The position numbers were made by a program, and so were the translations under genes. The notes beneath the pieces were generated by a model, which worked only from the letters and a program-made list of their open reading frames with translations, ran no database searches and was not told the DNA's origin. From assembly GCA_964624645.1 (NCBI GenBank), contig CAZVAD010000001.1, forward strand, positions 11,394-75,393: a DNA stretch of 64,000 nt, read 5' to 3'. Source of the DNA: an uncultured Mariniphaga sp. (GTDB lineage Bacteria > Bacteroidota > Bacteroidia > Bacteroidales > Prolixibacteraceae). Below are positions 1 to 10,119 of this stretch, piece after piece. The first letter of the stretch is position 1. The number at the start of each line of letters is the position of its first letter.

Positions 1-257
1 GTTTCGGGTTGCTGATGTTTTTCTACTGGCGAACCCGCCTGAAGTTTAAAGAGGGGTTTCTCACCGGCATGTTTTTTATCCTGATTTTCTTTGCCCGTTT
101 TCTCATTGAGTTCATTAAAGAAGACCAGGAAGCCTTTGAAGCCGCAATGGCGCTGAACATGGGACAGTGGCTGAGTATTCCCTTCGTTCTTGCCGGAATA
201 TTTCTGGTTGTCCGCGCGTTGAAACTTCCCGAAAAAGTTTATAAAAAACCCCGTTGA
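1..257 (+). CDS. lgt: prolipoprotein diacylglyceryl transferase, C-terminal part (5' end lies outside the window)
   Basis: The reading frame is open to the window edge. The hydrophobic C-terminus carries the Lgt-like segment FFARFLIEFIKED...NMGQWLSIPFVLAG, which resembles the E. coli Lgt tail. Confidence 0.7.
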   Translation, partial: FGLLMFFYWRTRLKFKEGFLTGMFFILIFFARFLIEFIKEDQEAFEAAMALNMGQWLSIPFVLAGIFLVVRALKLPEKVYKKPR

Positions 258-283
258 ATCTGCCGGGGAAACAGAGGGTTTTC

Positions 284-2617
284 TTAATTGAAAATTCTTA
301 GTCCGATGAAAAAGGAACGCGGTTTCGCCGGGCCGTAAATGTAGTCGCTGTCGCGGTTTTTTCCGGTGTCAAAATCATTCTGAAAGTGGTTCAGCATATT
401 GCTGATTCCGCCAAACAGTTCAATTGACGAGTCCAATCGCTTTGCATTGAAAATATAGCCCAATTTCAGATTTAATTCCATGAAATTTGGTGAAGTGGCT
501 AAAATATCCTTTTCAGGGGTTCCGGGATCGCCTTCAAGTCCAAAATGCGGGACAAGCATAGGCCCCGTGTAAATGCCGGACAATGAAGTGCTGAAACGGT
601 TGTTCGGATTATAAGTTAAAGTATAGTAGCCATAAGCGTTTGGAGTGCGCAGATACTCTTTTGTTCCGGGAAGTTGCTGCGACCATTCCACAAGTTCTTC
701 ATACCTGCTTTTTTGCAATGTAATTCCTCCTTCAATCTGCAGCAACCGGTTGTAATTTGCACGCGCTTCTGCAGTTATTCCATAGATATTACTTGCTCCG
801 TTATTTCGTTTCACCAAAAATAAATTTCTGTCTGTTGCCATGCCGGCATCTTCCAGAACAAAAGCATTTTCCAGGCGGGTGTAGAACCCTTCAAGGGTAA
901 ATCCGTAAATGTGCTTTTCTGTGGGTTTATCCCAGTTTATGGAAGCTGAAGCACTCTGCGAACGTTCCTTTTCCAGATCATCTGCAAGTGTGATGGTTTT
1001 GATTCCCCCTTTCGCAAAAGCGATGTGCATATCGGCGTCAAAGGCTTGCGGCGCCCTGAAGCCGGTTGACCATGATAGTCGGAGCTGGGTGTTCAAGTCG
1101 GGCTTAAAAAGAAATGAAACCCGTGGATTCAATACAAGATTGTCCACAAAGTTATGCTTGTCTGCCCGTAGTCCCGTGAGCAACGTGCTCTTCCCTGTAA
1201 TTTCCCAGTCGCTTTGCACAAAGGCGCCAAAATTCTTAGTGTGCTGATCTACCAGATGATCATAAGTTTTGATTTCATCAAAAATTTCATCTGTGATAAA
1301 TTCAGCGCCAAAAGTGAAGGTGTTATTTCCTCTGATAAAATCCTTGACAGTATGATTTACCTGAGTTCCAAACTGGATGGTGTGATTTTTCAGGTTTCCA
1401 TACGGCGGATTATTATTGTAATCCTGCAATTCATCCGGGTCATCAGGCATTACACCCTCAAAGTGCTTTTTTCTGATACCTTGTGCAGCAGTGTACAGCA
1501 CAAGCGTAGTAAGTTGATTCTCGCTGGTGATTTCATAGTCGGCGCCTCCCATGAGTATATTGTGGGTGAATTCCTCCCCCTGTTTTGCCAGGTATGCAGG
1601 CAAATCAACCATCTCTCCGCCAAAACGGTATTCTTGCATGCTCGAAAAATTTACCTGCAACATCTGGTTTGGTTTGAGTTTGAAAAACGAATTCAGTCCG
1701 AATGAATTGTTGTTTAGTGTTGCCATTTCAGAGAAATTGTCGCCGTCATGGTCATAAAAATCACGGTTGCGGTAAGAGGTGTAAAGCGCCATTCCGGCAT
1801 TTCTTTTTTGCGAGAGAACTGTGAGTGTGCCGTTCAGGTTGTAGTCGGCAGAGCCACCGCCAATGATCGAATTGTTTGTGGAAATTTCGTAAGAATTACG
1901 CTGAGGCATCCGCGTGATGATATTTACAGTTCCGCCAATGGCGCTTGAGCCGTAAAGTGCAGATGCTCCGCCACGGACTACTTCAATCCGCTCAACCATT
2001 TCTGATGGCATCTGTTCCAGACCGTAAAGGCCGGTTATCGGACTAAAGACCGAGCGTCCGTTCACAAGTATCTGGCTGTAAGCGCCGTCAAGTCCGTTCA
2101 TGCGCAACTGGCTGTAATTGCATGTCTGGCAGTTTACTTCCATCCGTAATCCGGGCTGAAAATTCAGTGTTTCAGAAACTGTTTTTGCGGCTACATTTTT
2201 AATCGTTTTGGAGTCCAGAACATTAACAATCACTGCACTTTCCGTTTGCCGTTTAAATGTTTTGGTGCCGGTTACCACAACTTCCCCGACTTTTAAAATA
2301 TCTTCCTCCAGCTCAAAGTTCACTTCAATGGTTTTTCCGGCTTCCAGTTTAACCTCTTTTTTCTGAGTTTTAAATCCTATCATGCTGGCTACCAGTATGA
2401 AGTCTCCCTCAGGAACATCCACCATCATATAATGTCCCGTAACATCGGTTACCGTTCCGTTGTTGTTGTCTTCAAGATAAATGTTCACGAACGGAATGTG
2501 TTCCCCTTTTGAAACAACGTGGCCAATGATAACGGCATCCGTTTTATTTTGGGCAAATGATGCGATGAATATAAAAGTCAGAAATAGTGTTGCAATAAAA
2601 AGTTTACTCCGTTTCAT
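284..2617 (-). CDS. TonB-dependent receptor with CarboxypepD_reg-like N-terminal domain
   Basis: Signal peptide MKRSKLFIATLFLTFIFIASFAQ, taking the ATG at 2617 (the ORF track extends to 2644). Plug-domain motif VERIEVVRGGASALYGSSAIGGTVNIIT. About 780 aa of beta-barrel-like sequence. Confidence 0.85.
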   Translation of the reverse strand: MKRSKLFIATLFLTFIFIASFAQNKTDAVIIGHVVSKGEHIPFVNIYLEDNNNGTVTDVTGHYMMVDVPEGDFILVASMIGFKTQKKEVKLEAGKTIEVNFELEEDILKVGEVVVTGTKTFKRQTESAVIVNVLDSKTIKNVAAKTVSETLNFQPGLRMEVNCQTCNYSQLRMNGLDGAYSQILVNGRSVFSPITGLYGLEQMPSEMVERIEVVRGGASALYGSSAIGGTVNIITRMPQRNSYEISTNNSIIGGGSADYNLNGTLTVLSQKRNAGMALYTSYRNRDFYDHDGDNFSEMATLNNNSFGLNSFFKLKPNQMLQVNFSSMQEYRFGGEMVDLPAYLAKQGEEFTHNILMGGADYEITSENQLTTLVLYTAAQGIRKKHFEGVMPDDPDELQDYNNNPPYGNLKNHTIQFGTQVNHTVKDFIRGNNTFTFGAEFITDEIFDEIKTYDHLVDQHTKNFGAFVQSDWEITGKSTLLTGLRADKHNFVDNLVLNPRVSFLFKPDLNTQLRLSWSTGFRAPQAFDADMHIAFAKGGIKTITLADDLEKERSQSASASINWDKPTEKHIYGFTLEGFYTRLENAFVLEDAGMATDRNLFLVKRNNGASNIYGITAEARANYNRLLQIEGGITLQKSRYEELVEWSQQLPGTKEYLRTPNAYGYYTLTYNPNNRFSTSLSGIYTGPMLVPHFGLEGDPGTPEKDILATSPNFMELNLKLGYIFNAKRLDSSIELFGGISNMLNHFQNDFDTGKNRDSDYIYGPAKPRSFFIGLRIFN

Positions 2618-3126
2618 ACTGTTAAATTTTAATAAGCAGACCAAAATATGAAATATTATTTAGAAAGAATTTAAATAACAAGGAGAGTCATCTGTCATAA
2701 TTCTATAATGAAAATATCATTCAGAAAGGAGAATTACAAGAGCCAGGGTTGCCTTAAGTCATTTGTTCTTAGGGTGATGTTAATGTGTTAAGCGATAAGA
2801 ATAATTGATAAAATCATTATAATGTATTGACCAGAGGTGATAATTCAGGAAAATCATAAATATATCATTTCCAAATTACAACACCGCCTATTCTGCATGG
2901 ATACATTGAAAAGTTGCAAAGTCGTACAGAATTTTTTAAAAACTGAGAGTTAAGGTTAATTTAACATTATGGGAGAAACTGATTTTACCTGCAGCCAACT
3001 TATCGATGAGCATGGAAACATTGTCATGGATATTCAGGTAATCAAATTTGTGCCAGCACTGTATTTGATATTTTAATCCGGTTTTAAAAGCGTCTGAATT
3101 CTAGGACTGACGAGAATTTACTTTGA

Positions 3127-5493
3127 TTAAAAGTCAATTTTATAACTTATGTTTGGAATAAAAGTCAATTCGCGGTTCATATCCACAGATTGAGTCTGAT
3201 AGTTGAAAAGAAACCCAAAATATTCTTTATACTGAGTAGTGTTGATGACTTTGAGTGCAAACTCATGTGAAGTTTTCTTTTTATTGATTGTATAACTTGT
3301 TGTGAATGCATTTGTAAATGCTGGTGGATATTGTTGTGAGAAAGCTTTTGACTCATCAAAAACCACCTCTTGCCTGGCTTTTGACTGAATCGTGTTTACG
3401 GGCGAGTGATGATCGCCCCCCTGAAAACAAAAGCGTGTGCTTACACTTAAAATGCTATTCTTCTGATTGCCCACAAGCCATTCTTTGCCAATCAGAAAAT
3501 TTGCCGTAAAATTACGGTTGTACCGCGTATCACGCCATATATTATCGCCGCCCTTGTATTTGGAATTGAACAGGGAAGCGGTTGCAATATAGTAGTAACC
3601 TTTGGACAGATATTTTTCAAAAGTGATATCTATTCCGTAGTTCTTTCCTTTGCCTGTATTTTGGAGCTGTCCGGCAAAAAGCCAGTCATTTTGCTGATTG
3701 ATCAAGGAAAATGAACCTTCGGAAGTAACAGGTACGCTAAACAGATGCTGGTAGTATGTTTCAACTTTCAGATGAGTAAGCTCGGTTGGACTTATATCGT
3801 AGCCCAACACCAAATGATGCGCTTTGGTAAAAGTTAAGTCCTTGTTGATATATTGGTTCAGATTGTTTTTGATAAAATAATAGTTCAATCTTTCTGTCCG
3901 GCTGTGAAGGCCGTAGGCAAAGCTAAAAGATTGTGTAGGAGCAAATTTGTATTTTATACTTGTTCTTGGTTCTATTGTAACAGCGTTGTTGAATAGGAAC
4001 CACTGTGCATTTATCCCGGTATTTATTTTTATCTTATCACTAATGTGAATCATAGAATTGCTGTAAACTGAAATCAAAGTGCTGTTGCCGTTCTCGTCAA
4101 CAAGAGTTTGTAGAGGCTTTCCTGATACTGTTATATCCTGAAGTAAAATGTCATAACTCATGTTGGTGATAACAAATCCAGATTTATTGCTGTGGCGTGC
4201 ACTGAATTTTGTATTCAGAAATGAGCTTAAAACCATATTGTAATGGATATTTTTTACCACATTTTTGGGGTAAAGTGTTAAACTGCTGTCTAATCTTTCA
4301 CTATACATATCCATCCCGCTTGCGGTTGCTGCCAATGTGCTTTTCAGGTACTGTTTGTCGTTGAGCAGAATTTTATGGCTGATACCTGTTGCTCCCATAA
4401 ACTGTTTTGCATCTAAGTTCTCTCGGTCTGAATAATATCTCCATTCGTTTGTATTATATTTTGCATTTGCGTCCGAATAATCCAGCAATCCCATTCCCCA
4501 AACGGAAAATGTCCCCGCTTTTTGAGTTGGAAAGTTTAGTTTGAAGGATAAATCCTGATAAGTAGTGCCTTCTGCATTTTCCGGCAGAATGGGGGTCAGC
4601 AGACTCAAAGTAGAATACCGGTAATTAAAGAGATAAGATGATTTTTTCCCTTTTCTGAAAGGGCCTTCTGAGGCTGCGTCAATTCCTATTGCCCCCAACT
4701 GAAAGGTATGCTCGTGGTTTTCATTATTGCCGTTTCGCATAAAAATATCAAATACACCTGACAAGGCATTATTGTATTCGGCCGGCATTGCTCCCGACAA
4801 AAAATCTGAATTTGCCAGTACCTGTATGCTTAGCGCTGTAAGCGCGCCGCCACCAAAAGCTGATATGTCAGCAAAGTGATTGGGATTTGAAATTTCAACC
4901 CCTTCCAGTTTCCATTGTAAAGACTGCGGGCTGTTCCCTCTTACCACAATTGCATTGCTCTGCACACTGCTTGATACCCCTGCAAATGCGGAAACCAATC
5001 GCGCAGGATCATCAAAACCGCCTGCATATCGTTTGGCCTCTTCTACACTTAACATTTTACTGCTGACCACAGCCATTGAATTAAGCGGCTCTGCTTTGTT
5101 TATCCTGGGTTTGACTACTATTTCATCAAGTGTGGTGGCGCTTTCTTTCATTGTGATATTCAGAAACACCTCTTTGCCGGATGTTACCTGAATTTCCTTT
5201 AATACTACCGTCTCATAACCTACCAAAGAAACTTTTAAATCGTATCTTCCGACAGCAACGTTCTTTAGCGTGAAATTTCCCAAATCGTCTGCCGCAACCC
5301 CGATTGTAGTATTTTGCAGAGCTACAGATGCATACCCCAAAGGCGCATTTGATGCCTCATCAATTATTGTCCCCCGAATGGTTTGGGTAGGTTGTTGGCC
5401 AAGTAACCAAGCCGGCAAAAACAAGAGTAAAGCTATTGAAGTGCCTCTGAGCATAATCTGGAATATTTTGCACAAAAGTCTTTTATATTTCAC
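3127..5493 (-). CDS. TonB-dependent receptor with CarboxypepD_reg-like N-terminal domain
   Basis: N-terminal domain TIRGTIIDEASNAPLGYASVAL. Plug segment AIVVRGNSPQSLQWKLEGVEISNPNHF. The terminal residue is aromatic (SYKIDF). The codon at 5493 is GTG; an ATG at 5454 gives the signal peptide MLRGTSIALLLFLPAWLLG and may be the true start. Confidence 0.85.
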   Translation of the reverse strand: MKYKRLLCKIFQIMLRGTSIALLLFLPAWLLGQQPTQTIRGTIIDEASNAPLGYASVALQNTTIGVAADDLGNFTLKNVAVGRYDLKVSLVGYETVVLKEIQVTSGKEVFLNITMKESATTLDEIVVKPRINKAEPLNSMAVVSSKMLSVEEAKRYAGGFDDPARLVSAFAGVSSSVQSNAIVVRGNSPQSLQWKLEGVEISNPNHFADISAFGGGALTALSIQVLANSDFLSGAMPAEYNNALSGVFDIFMRNGNNENHEHTFQLGAIGIDAASEGPFRKGKKSSYLFNYRYSTLSLLTPILPENAEGTTYQDLSFKLNFPTQKAGTFSVWGMGLLDYSDANAKYNTNEWRYYSDRENLDAKQFMGATGISHKILLNDKQYLKSTLAATASGMDMYSERLDSSLTLYPKNVVKNIHYNMVLSSFLNTKFSARHSNKSGFVITNMSYDILLQDITVSGKPLQTLVDENGNSTLISVYSNSMIHISDKIKINTGINAQWFLFNNAVTIEPRTSIKYKFAPTQSFSFAYGLHSRTERLNYYFIKNNLNQYINKDLTFTKAHHLVLGYDISPTELTHLKVETYYQHLFSVPVTSEGSFSLINQQNDWLFAGQLQNTGKGKNYGIDITFEKYLSKGYYYIATASLFNSKYKGGDNIWRDTRYNRNFTANFLIGKEWLVGNQKNSILSVSTRFCFQGGDHHSPVNTIQSKARQEVVFDESKAFSQQYPPAFTNAFTTSYTINKKKTSHEFALKVINTTQYKEYFGFLFNYQTQSVDMNRELTFIPNISYKIDF

Positions 5494-5528
5494 TCACGGT
5501 CAATACTGATTTATCAGTATTTTGCCTG

Positions 5529-6308
5529 CTATATCAATCCTAATTTTGTTGCCAGCATTACAGCTTCCATGGAATTGTTCACTCCTAATTTTCCTAAAAC
5601 TTTTTGGCGATGTGTGTTCACGGTGTGTAAACTGATATGAAGTTTAGTGGAAATTTCCTTGCTCAAATAGCCGTCTTTGACCAATTCCAGCACCTCGATC
5701 TCCTTTTTGGTAAGCGTAACTGCTACTTCTTCTTGCGGTTCAATAAATGGGATAATCTTTCCTGTTCGGAAATTCAGCAATTCGCTTTTGACTCCTTCAT
5801 TCATGTTTCTCTGATTGGGAGAAATATCCAGGATGCTTAGTATCAACCAAACATTGCCGTTGTTGTCCAACTCCAAAATCTGGTGTTGTTCGATAACCCG
5901 AATATAGTTATTGGCTGCATCTAAAATTCTGTATTCGCTAATAAATTTATGATTTAGTTTCTCGTCTATGGATAAATTGAAGTACAACTTGAAAACAGAT
6001 AGCGCATTTTGTTTCAGCATCATAAAATCCTCCGGATGGATCTTGGTATCAAAAAAGTACTCGCCGACACTTTTAACTTCCTGAGCACAGTACCCCAACA
6101 TTAAACCCAAATTGTGAGAGTAAAAAGCGTGTTCTTTTTTGTAAGCATCAAAAATGCCAACAGCTGAATTTCCGATATCGGCTAATTTCTGTATGTTTGG
6201 TATGTGTTGTTCTAAAACAGCATAGTCTAAGTCTTCCGGAATAAATTGCTGCTGCTCCAATAACCTCAAATATGTTTCTTTGATGTTGATTATTTCCAGT
6301 CCTGTCAT
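5529..6308 (-). CDS. LuxR-family transcriptional regulator with PAS-like sensor domain
   Basis: C-terminal LuxR/GerE helix-turn-helix LTKKEIEVLELVKDGYLSKEISTKLHISLHTVNTHRQKVLGKLGV. The roughly 190-aa N-terminal region looks PAS-like. The gene lies 35 nt upstream of the receptor at 3127-5493 on the same strand. Confidence 0.8.
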   Translation of the reverse strand: MTGLEIINIKETYLRLLEQQQFIPEDLDYAVLEQHIPNIQKLADIGNSAVGIFDAYKKEHAFYSHNLGLMLGYCAQEVKSVGEYFFDTKIHPEDFMMLKQNALSVFKLYFNLSIDEKLNHKFISEYRILDAANNYIRVIEQHQILELDNNGNVWLILSILDISPNQRNMNEGVKSELLNFRTGKIIPFIEPQEEVAVTLTKKEIEVLELVKDGYLSKEISTKLHISLHTVNTHRQKVLGKLGVNNSMEAVMLATKLGLI

Positions 6309-6746
6309 TTGCTATTATTTTTCAAATGAATGTTGTTCTGACATTGCTGTATATCATTCTGTTCAGGCAACTAAGATACGCCTTTCTCCTGTAAATTATT
6401 CCGTTTTTATCTGTCTGTGTGAAAGTTAAAGATTGTCATGTACTTTGTTAGAAATCAAAAATAACAAATATACCCTTCAAGGGATACTACTTTAAGCTAT
6501 GTTTTGGATGAAAACGTTTCTGTCGGTTTTTTAGCTTTTCGTTGCCCCCCGTTTCCCAAAACAAAAACACTTCATTTCTTGTTTTTACTCCAATTAGCGG
6601 GTAGTTATCCCTTTAATTATTATAACGCACAAAGTCATTTGGTTTGAAAAATAGGTGTACAAGTTGTTAGACAAAAACAGAAAATAAGGTCTTAAATTGT
6701 CAATGTGATGTTCGTTGAAAATATTTAACCATTAAATAAAAATACT

Positions 6747-7562
6747 ATGAAATTCTATTTGTTTGTTTTGAGTTTATTTCTTACCGCAGGAGCTTTTGCT
6801 CAGGTGAATACAAGAATAAATCAGTCCCTGAAGGCCGAAAAATCACAAAGGATTGCCGGGCCGCAAAAGGTGGTTATTCTTAAAAATGTCTGCCCTTATG
6901 ATGGGATTGAAGTGAGTTTAAGCCGTGACCCGGGAACGGGAAGTGGCGTTTCCACAAAACGCTATCTGAGTGTTGATGCAGTGCCCAGAACATTTTATGC
7001 GACAGCCGGACAGGTGGCGCAGATTCCCAATCACCCTGCTTTGCCCGGTGCAAATCAAAGCTCCACCAAATCCGTGAGTACCGCCAGTGAAGGATGGGTT
7101 ATGCTAACCAGAATAAATTTTGGAGATATTGATTATTCTCAAAATTATTGTGGTGAAAACGGAGTGAAAATTCCATTAGATGCTGCAAATCCTATCCTTA
7201 TCTATAAAGTTGAACTTGAAAACCAAAAGCTCTGGAACAGCGGAGTGGTTGAAATTACGGATGGCACCAACCTGGATACTGCTTTTCCTGCTTTCCTGAT
7301 TAAAACCTACAATGATATAAGGCAGTTGCAGGGAGACTTCCGCTTTCCTGAAAGATGCCTGAGCGCATGCAAATCAGGCGGCGGGGGAATTGATGATGAC
7401 GGCAGCGGATGGCCAAAGCCGGGAACCTGGGTGGATGCAGCCAATCAGGAACACGAAATATTTGAGTTTGACGACGGAAAAGAACCCGGAGGAGTAGGAA
7501 CCGGAAGCGGCACTGATAAAAAAGAGAAGTTAAAAGTTGAAAAGAGATTACAGTTGAAATGA
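6747..7562 (+). CDS. hypothetical exported protein (orphan)
   Basis: Sec-type signal peptide MKFYLFVLSLFLTAGAFAQ. No domain is recognisable by eye. The tail is Gly/Asp-rich and then Lys/Glu-rich (GGGGIDDDGSG...DKKEKLKVEKRLQLK). Confidence 0.55.
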   Translation: MKFYLFVLSLFLTAGAFAQVNTRINQSLKAEKSQRIAGPQKVVILKNVCPYDGIEVSLSRDPGTGSGVSTKRYLSVDAVPRTFYATAGQVAQIPNHPALPGANQSSTKSVSTASEGWVMLTRINFGDIDYSQNYCGENGVKIPLDAANPILIYKVELENQKLWNSGVVEITDGTNLDTAFPAFLIKTYNDIRQLQGDFRFPERCLSACKSGGGGIDDDGSGWPKPGTWVDAANQEHEIFEFDDGKEPGGVGTGSGTDKKEKLKVEKRLQLK

Positions 7563-7757
7563 TAATTGTTTTGATTAAAGTATCCCATTTTGTAGAAAAT
7601 CCTTATTTTGGAGATGATGGAAAGTGAAATTAATGATAATCTTTTCTGTAATATTACATTTATTACATTGAGTGCCAGATCAAAGCATGGGCTTCAATGA
7701 ATAGTCTGCCAATAATGTAATCTTTTGTACTTTTAGAGGCTGATATAAAAGATACAC

Positions 7758-9014
7758 ATGACAGATTATTCCATCAACAAGAATAAGATTATCAACGATC
7801 CGGTTTTTGGCTTCATCAACCTGCATTCCGACCTGGTTTTTGATTTGATTGAGCACCCTTATCTGCAAAGGCTGCGCCGGATCAAGCAACTTGGCCTCTC
7901 TTTTCTGGTTTATCCCGGGGCAAATCATTCACGCTTTGAACATGTATTGGGCGCCGGCCACCTGATGCGGCAGGCAATTTCCGTGTTGAGAATGAAAGGG
8001 CATGAAATTACGGACGAAGAAGCTGATGCCGTAACTGTCGCAATTTTGCTGCATGACATCGGACACGCTCCGTTTTCGCACGTGCTTGAAAATATCATGG
8101 TGGATATACCGCACGAAACCATTTCATTGCTGATGATGAACGAGTTGAACCGGGAGTTGGGCGGAAAGCTGGACCTGGCGATTGCCATTTTCAGGAATGA
8201 ATACCAAAAGCAGTTTTTACATCAGCTGGTGGCCAGTCAACTGGATATGGACCGCCTGGATTACCTGAGCCGCGACAGCTTTTTCACCGGAGTTGCCGAA
8301 GGGATTGTTGGGATTGATCGTATTATCAAAATGCTGAACGTTTGGAATGATCAGCTGGCTGTGGATTACAAAGGAATCTATTCGGTGGAGAAATTTCTGA
8401 TTGCGCGCCGGCTTATGTACTGGCAGGTCTATCTTCACAAAACCGTAGTCTCGGCTGAGTATCTTCTGGTCAATGTGTTAAAACGTGCCAAAGAGCTGCT
8501 GAGAGCAGGTCATTCCATTTTCAGTACCCCGGCTTTGAAAGTGTTTTTACAGCAGGATTTCAGCGCTGAAGATTTTCAGGAAAACATCGGAATTGAAGGA
8601 AAAACTGTACTCGAATGGTACACCATGCTGGACGACAATGATATTCTTTCTTCGGTGAAGGAGTGGCAGTTTCATCCGGATAAAGTGCTTTCCGCACTTG
8701 CAAAAAACCTGCTCAACAGAAAGCTTTTCCGGACAAATCTATCGGATAAACCGGTTTCTGAAAAATGGAAAGAGAAGATGCTTGAAAAAATTACAGACAA
8801 AATTACCGGAGACCCCCATTTGTCGCCCTATTTTTTAATCACAGGAAACATTACCAACAGTGCATACGACAGCCATTCAGGATACATCAAAATCCTGATG
8901 AAAGATGGGAAGGTAAAGGATTTACAAACGGCATCAGACATAAATCTTTCAGCTTTAACCAAAACAGTCAGGAAATATTTTGCTTGTTTTCCCAAAGAAT
9001 TGGACATTTATTAG
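7758..9014 (+). CDS. HD-domain phosphohydrolase (dNTP triphosphohydrolase/SAMHD1-like superfamily)
   Basis: Motifs HSRFEHVLG and LLHDIGHAPFSH, followed by DMDRLDYLSRD. Confidence 0.85.
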   Translation: MTDYSINKNKIINDPVFGFINLHSDLVFDLIEHPYLQRLRRIKQLGLSFLVYPGANHSRFEHVLGAGHLMRQAISVLRMKGHEITDEEADAVTVAILLHDIGHAPFSHVLENIMVDIPHETISLLMMNELNRELGGKLDLAIAIFRNEYQKQFLHQLVASQLDMDRLDYLSRDSFFTGVAEGIVGIDRIIKMLNVWNDQLAVDYKGIYSVEKFLIARRLMYWQVYLHKTVVSAEYLLVNVLKRAKELLRAGHSIFSTPALKVFLQQDFSAEDFQENIGIEGKTVLEWYTMLDDNDILSSVKEWQFHPDKVLSALAKNLLNRKLFRTNLSDKPVSEKWKEKMLEKITDKITGDPHLSPYFLITGNITNSAYDSHSGYIKILMKDGKVKDLQTASDINLSALTKTVRKYFACFPKELDIY

Positions 9015-9022
9015 TTTAAACC

Positions 9023-9030
9023 TATATTTG
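9023..9030 (+). promoter_or_regulatory. Bacteroidota -7 box (TATATTTG) upstream of lpxD
   Basis: Exact match to TAnnTTTG, ending 20 nt before the lpxD ATG. Confidence 0.4.
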
Positions 9031-9050
9031 CAACGCAAAAAAATAAATGA

Positions 9051-10106
9051 ATGGAATTTCAGGCAAAAGACATTGCTTCCTTTCTAAAAGGTGAGATTGT
9101 CGGAAACAGCAATGTTAAAGTATTTAAAGTTTCGAAAATTGAAGAAGGAGAACCCGGATCGCTTTCCTTTCTTTCCAATCCGAAATATGAAAACTTTATT
9201 TATACTACCCGGGCATCGGTTGTTTTGGTGAATAAAGGGTTTGAACCCAAAGCAGAAATCAGCGCTACCCTGATCAAAGTGGACGATGCCTATCAGGCAT
9301 TTGCGTCATTGCTCAACCTCTATGCGCATAAAACCCTCATAAAGAAAAAAGGGATTGAATCCCCCAGTTATATCAGCGAATCAGCGAAATGTGGTGCCGA
9401 CACTTATGTCGGCGTTTTTGCAGTTATCGGGGAGAATGCTAAAATCGGGGAGAATGTTAAAATATTCCCGCAGGCTTATGTGGGAGATAACGTTACTGTG
9501 GGGGACAACACAATAATATATGCAGGTGTTAAAATATATGATGATTGTGTGATTGGCAGCAATTGCATATTGCATGCAGGAGCCGTTATCGGCTCAGATG
9601 GTTTTGGTTTTGCTCCCCAGGACGACGGAACGTACAAAAAAATTCCACAGATCGGGAATGTGATCATTGAAGATGATGTGGAAATCGGAGCCAACACAAC
9701 GGTGGATTGCGGCACTTTCAGCCCGACCATAATCCGCAAGGGGGCAAAAATTGACAACCTTGTGCAGATTGCCCACAACTGTGAAATTGGCGAGAACACG
9801 GTGATAGCCGGTATGGTGGGCATGGCCGGTTCAACAAAAATCGGAAAGAACTGCAAGCTTGCCGGGCAGGTGGGACTTGCCGGGCACCTGACCATCGGAG
9901 ACAATGTGCAGATTGGCGCCCAGTCCGGGGTAACCAAATCCATCAGGGATAATCAGATTGTATTGTCCTCTCCGGCAGTGGATTATAAAGAGGCGATCAA
10001 AACTTACACAATTATAAGGAACTTACCCAAGCTCAGGGAAGAGATAATCCAACTTAATAAAGATGTTAAATCCTTGAAAGAGGCTATTTCTGTAGCCACG
10101 AAATAA
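9051..10106 (+). CDS. lpxD: UDP-3-O-acylglucosamine N-acyltransferase
   Basis: Left-handed beta-helix hexapeptide repeats ([27 protein letters not shown] and others). The 351-aa size fits, and the gene sits immediately upstream of lpxC-fabZ and lpxA. Confidence 0.9.
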   Translation: MEFQAKDIASFLKGEIVGNSNVKVFKVSKIEEGEPGSLSFLSNPKYENFIYTTRASVVLVNKGFEPKAEISATLIKVDDAYQAFASLLNLYAHKTLIKKKGIESPSYISESAKCGADTYVGVFAVIGENAKIGENVKIFPQAYVGDNVTVGDNTIIYAGVKIYDDCVIGSNCILHAGAVIGSDGFGFAPQDDGTYKKIPQIGNVIIEDDVEIGANTTVDCGTFSPTIIRKGAKIDNLVQIAHNCEIGENTVIAGMVGMAGSTKIGKNCKLAGQVGLAGHLTIGDNVQIGAQSGVTKSIRDNQIVLSSPAVDYKEAIKTYTIIRNLPKLREEIIQLNKDVKSLKEAISVATK

Positions 10107-10119
10107 ATTTCAGGTAAGA

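Noticed and set aside
2969-3076. A 35-codon ORF (MGETDFTCSQLIDEHGNIVMDIQVIKFVPALYLIF) in the 480-bp gap between the two TonB-dependent receptor genes.
   Set aside because: It has no promoter motif, no signal or leader-peptide features and no neighbouring modification enzymes. A short ORF of this size is expected by chance in AT-rich DNA.
2618-3126. A possible riboswitch (cobalamin or TPP) in the long leader of the receptor at 284-2617. The region contains a CTGAGAG string.
   Set aside because: Reading the minus-strand leader, I found no B12 box (GCCACTG-like) and no TPP core (ACCTGATCTGGATAATGCCAGCG-like). The CTGAGAG string is on the wrong strand.
6473-6483. The palindrome CCCTTCAAGGG in the LuxR/orphan divergent intergenic region, as a candidate LuxR box.
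   Set aside because: The arms are only 5 bp around a single central base. A 438-bp region is expected to contain about 0.4 such palindromes by chance, and the flanks do not extend the symmetry.
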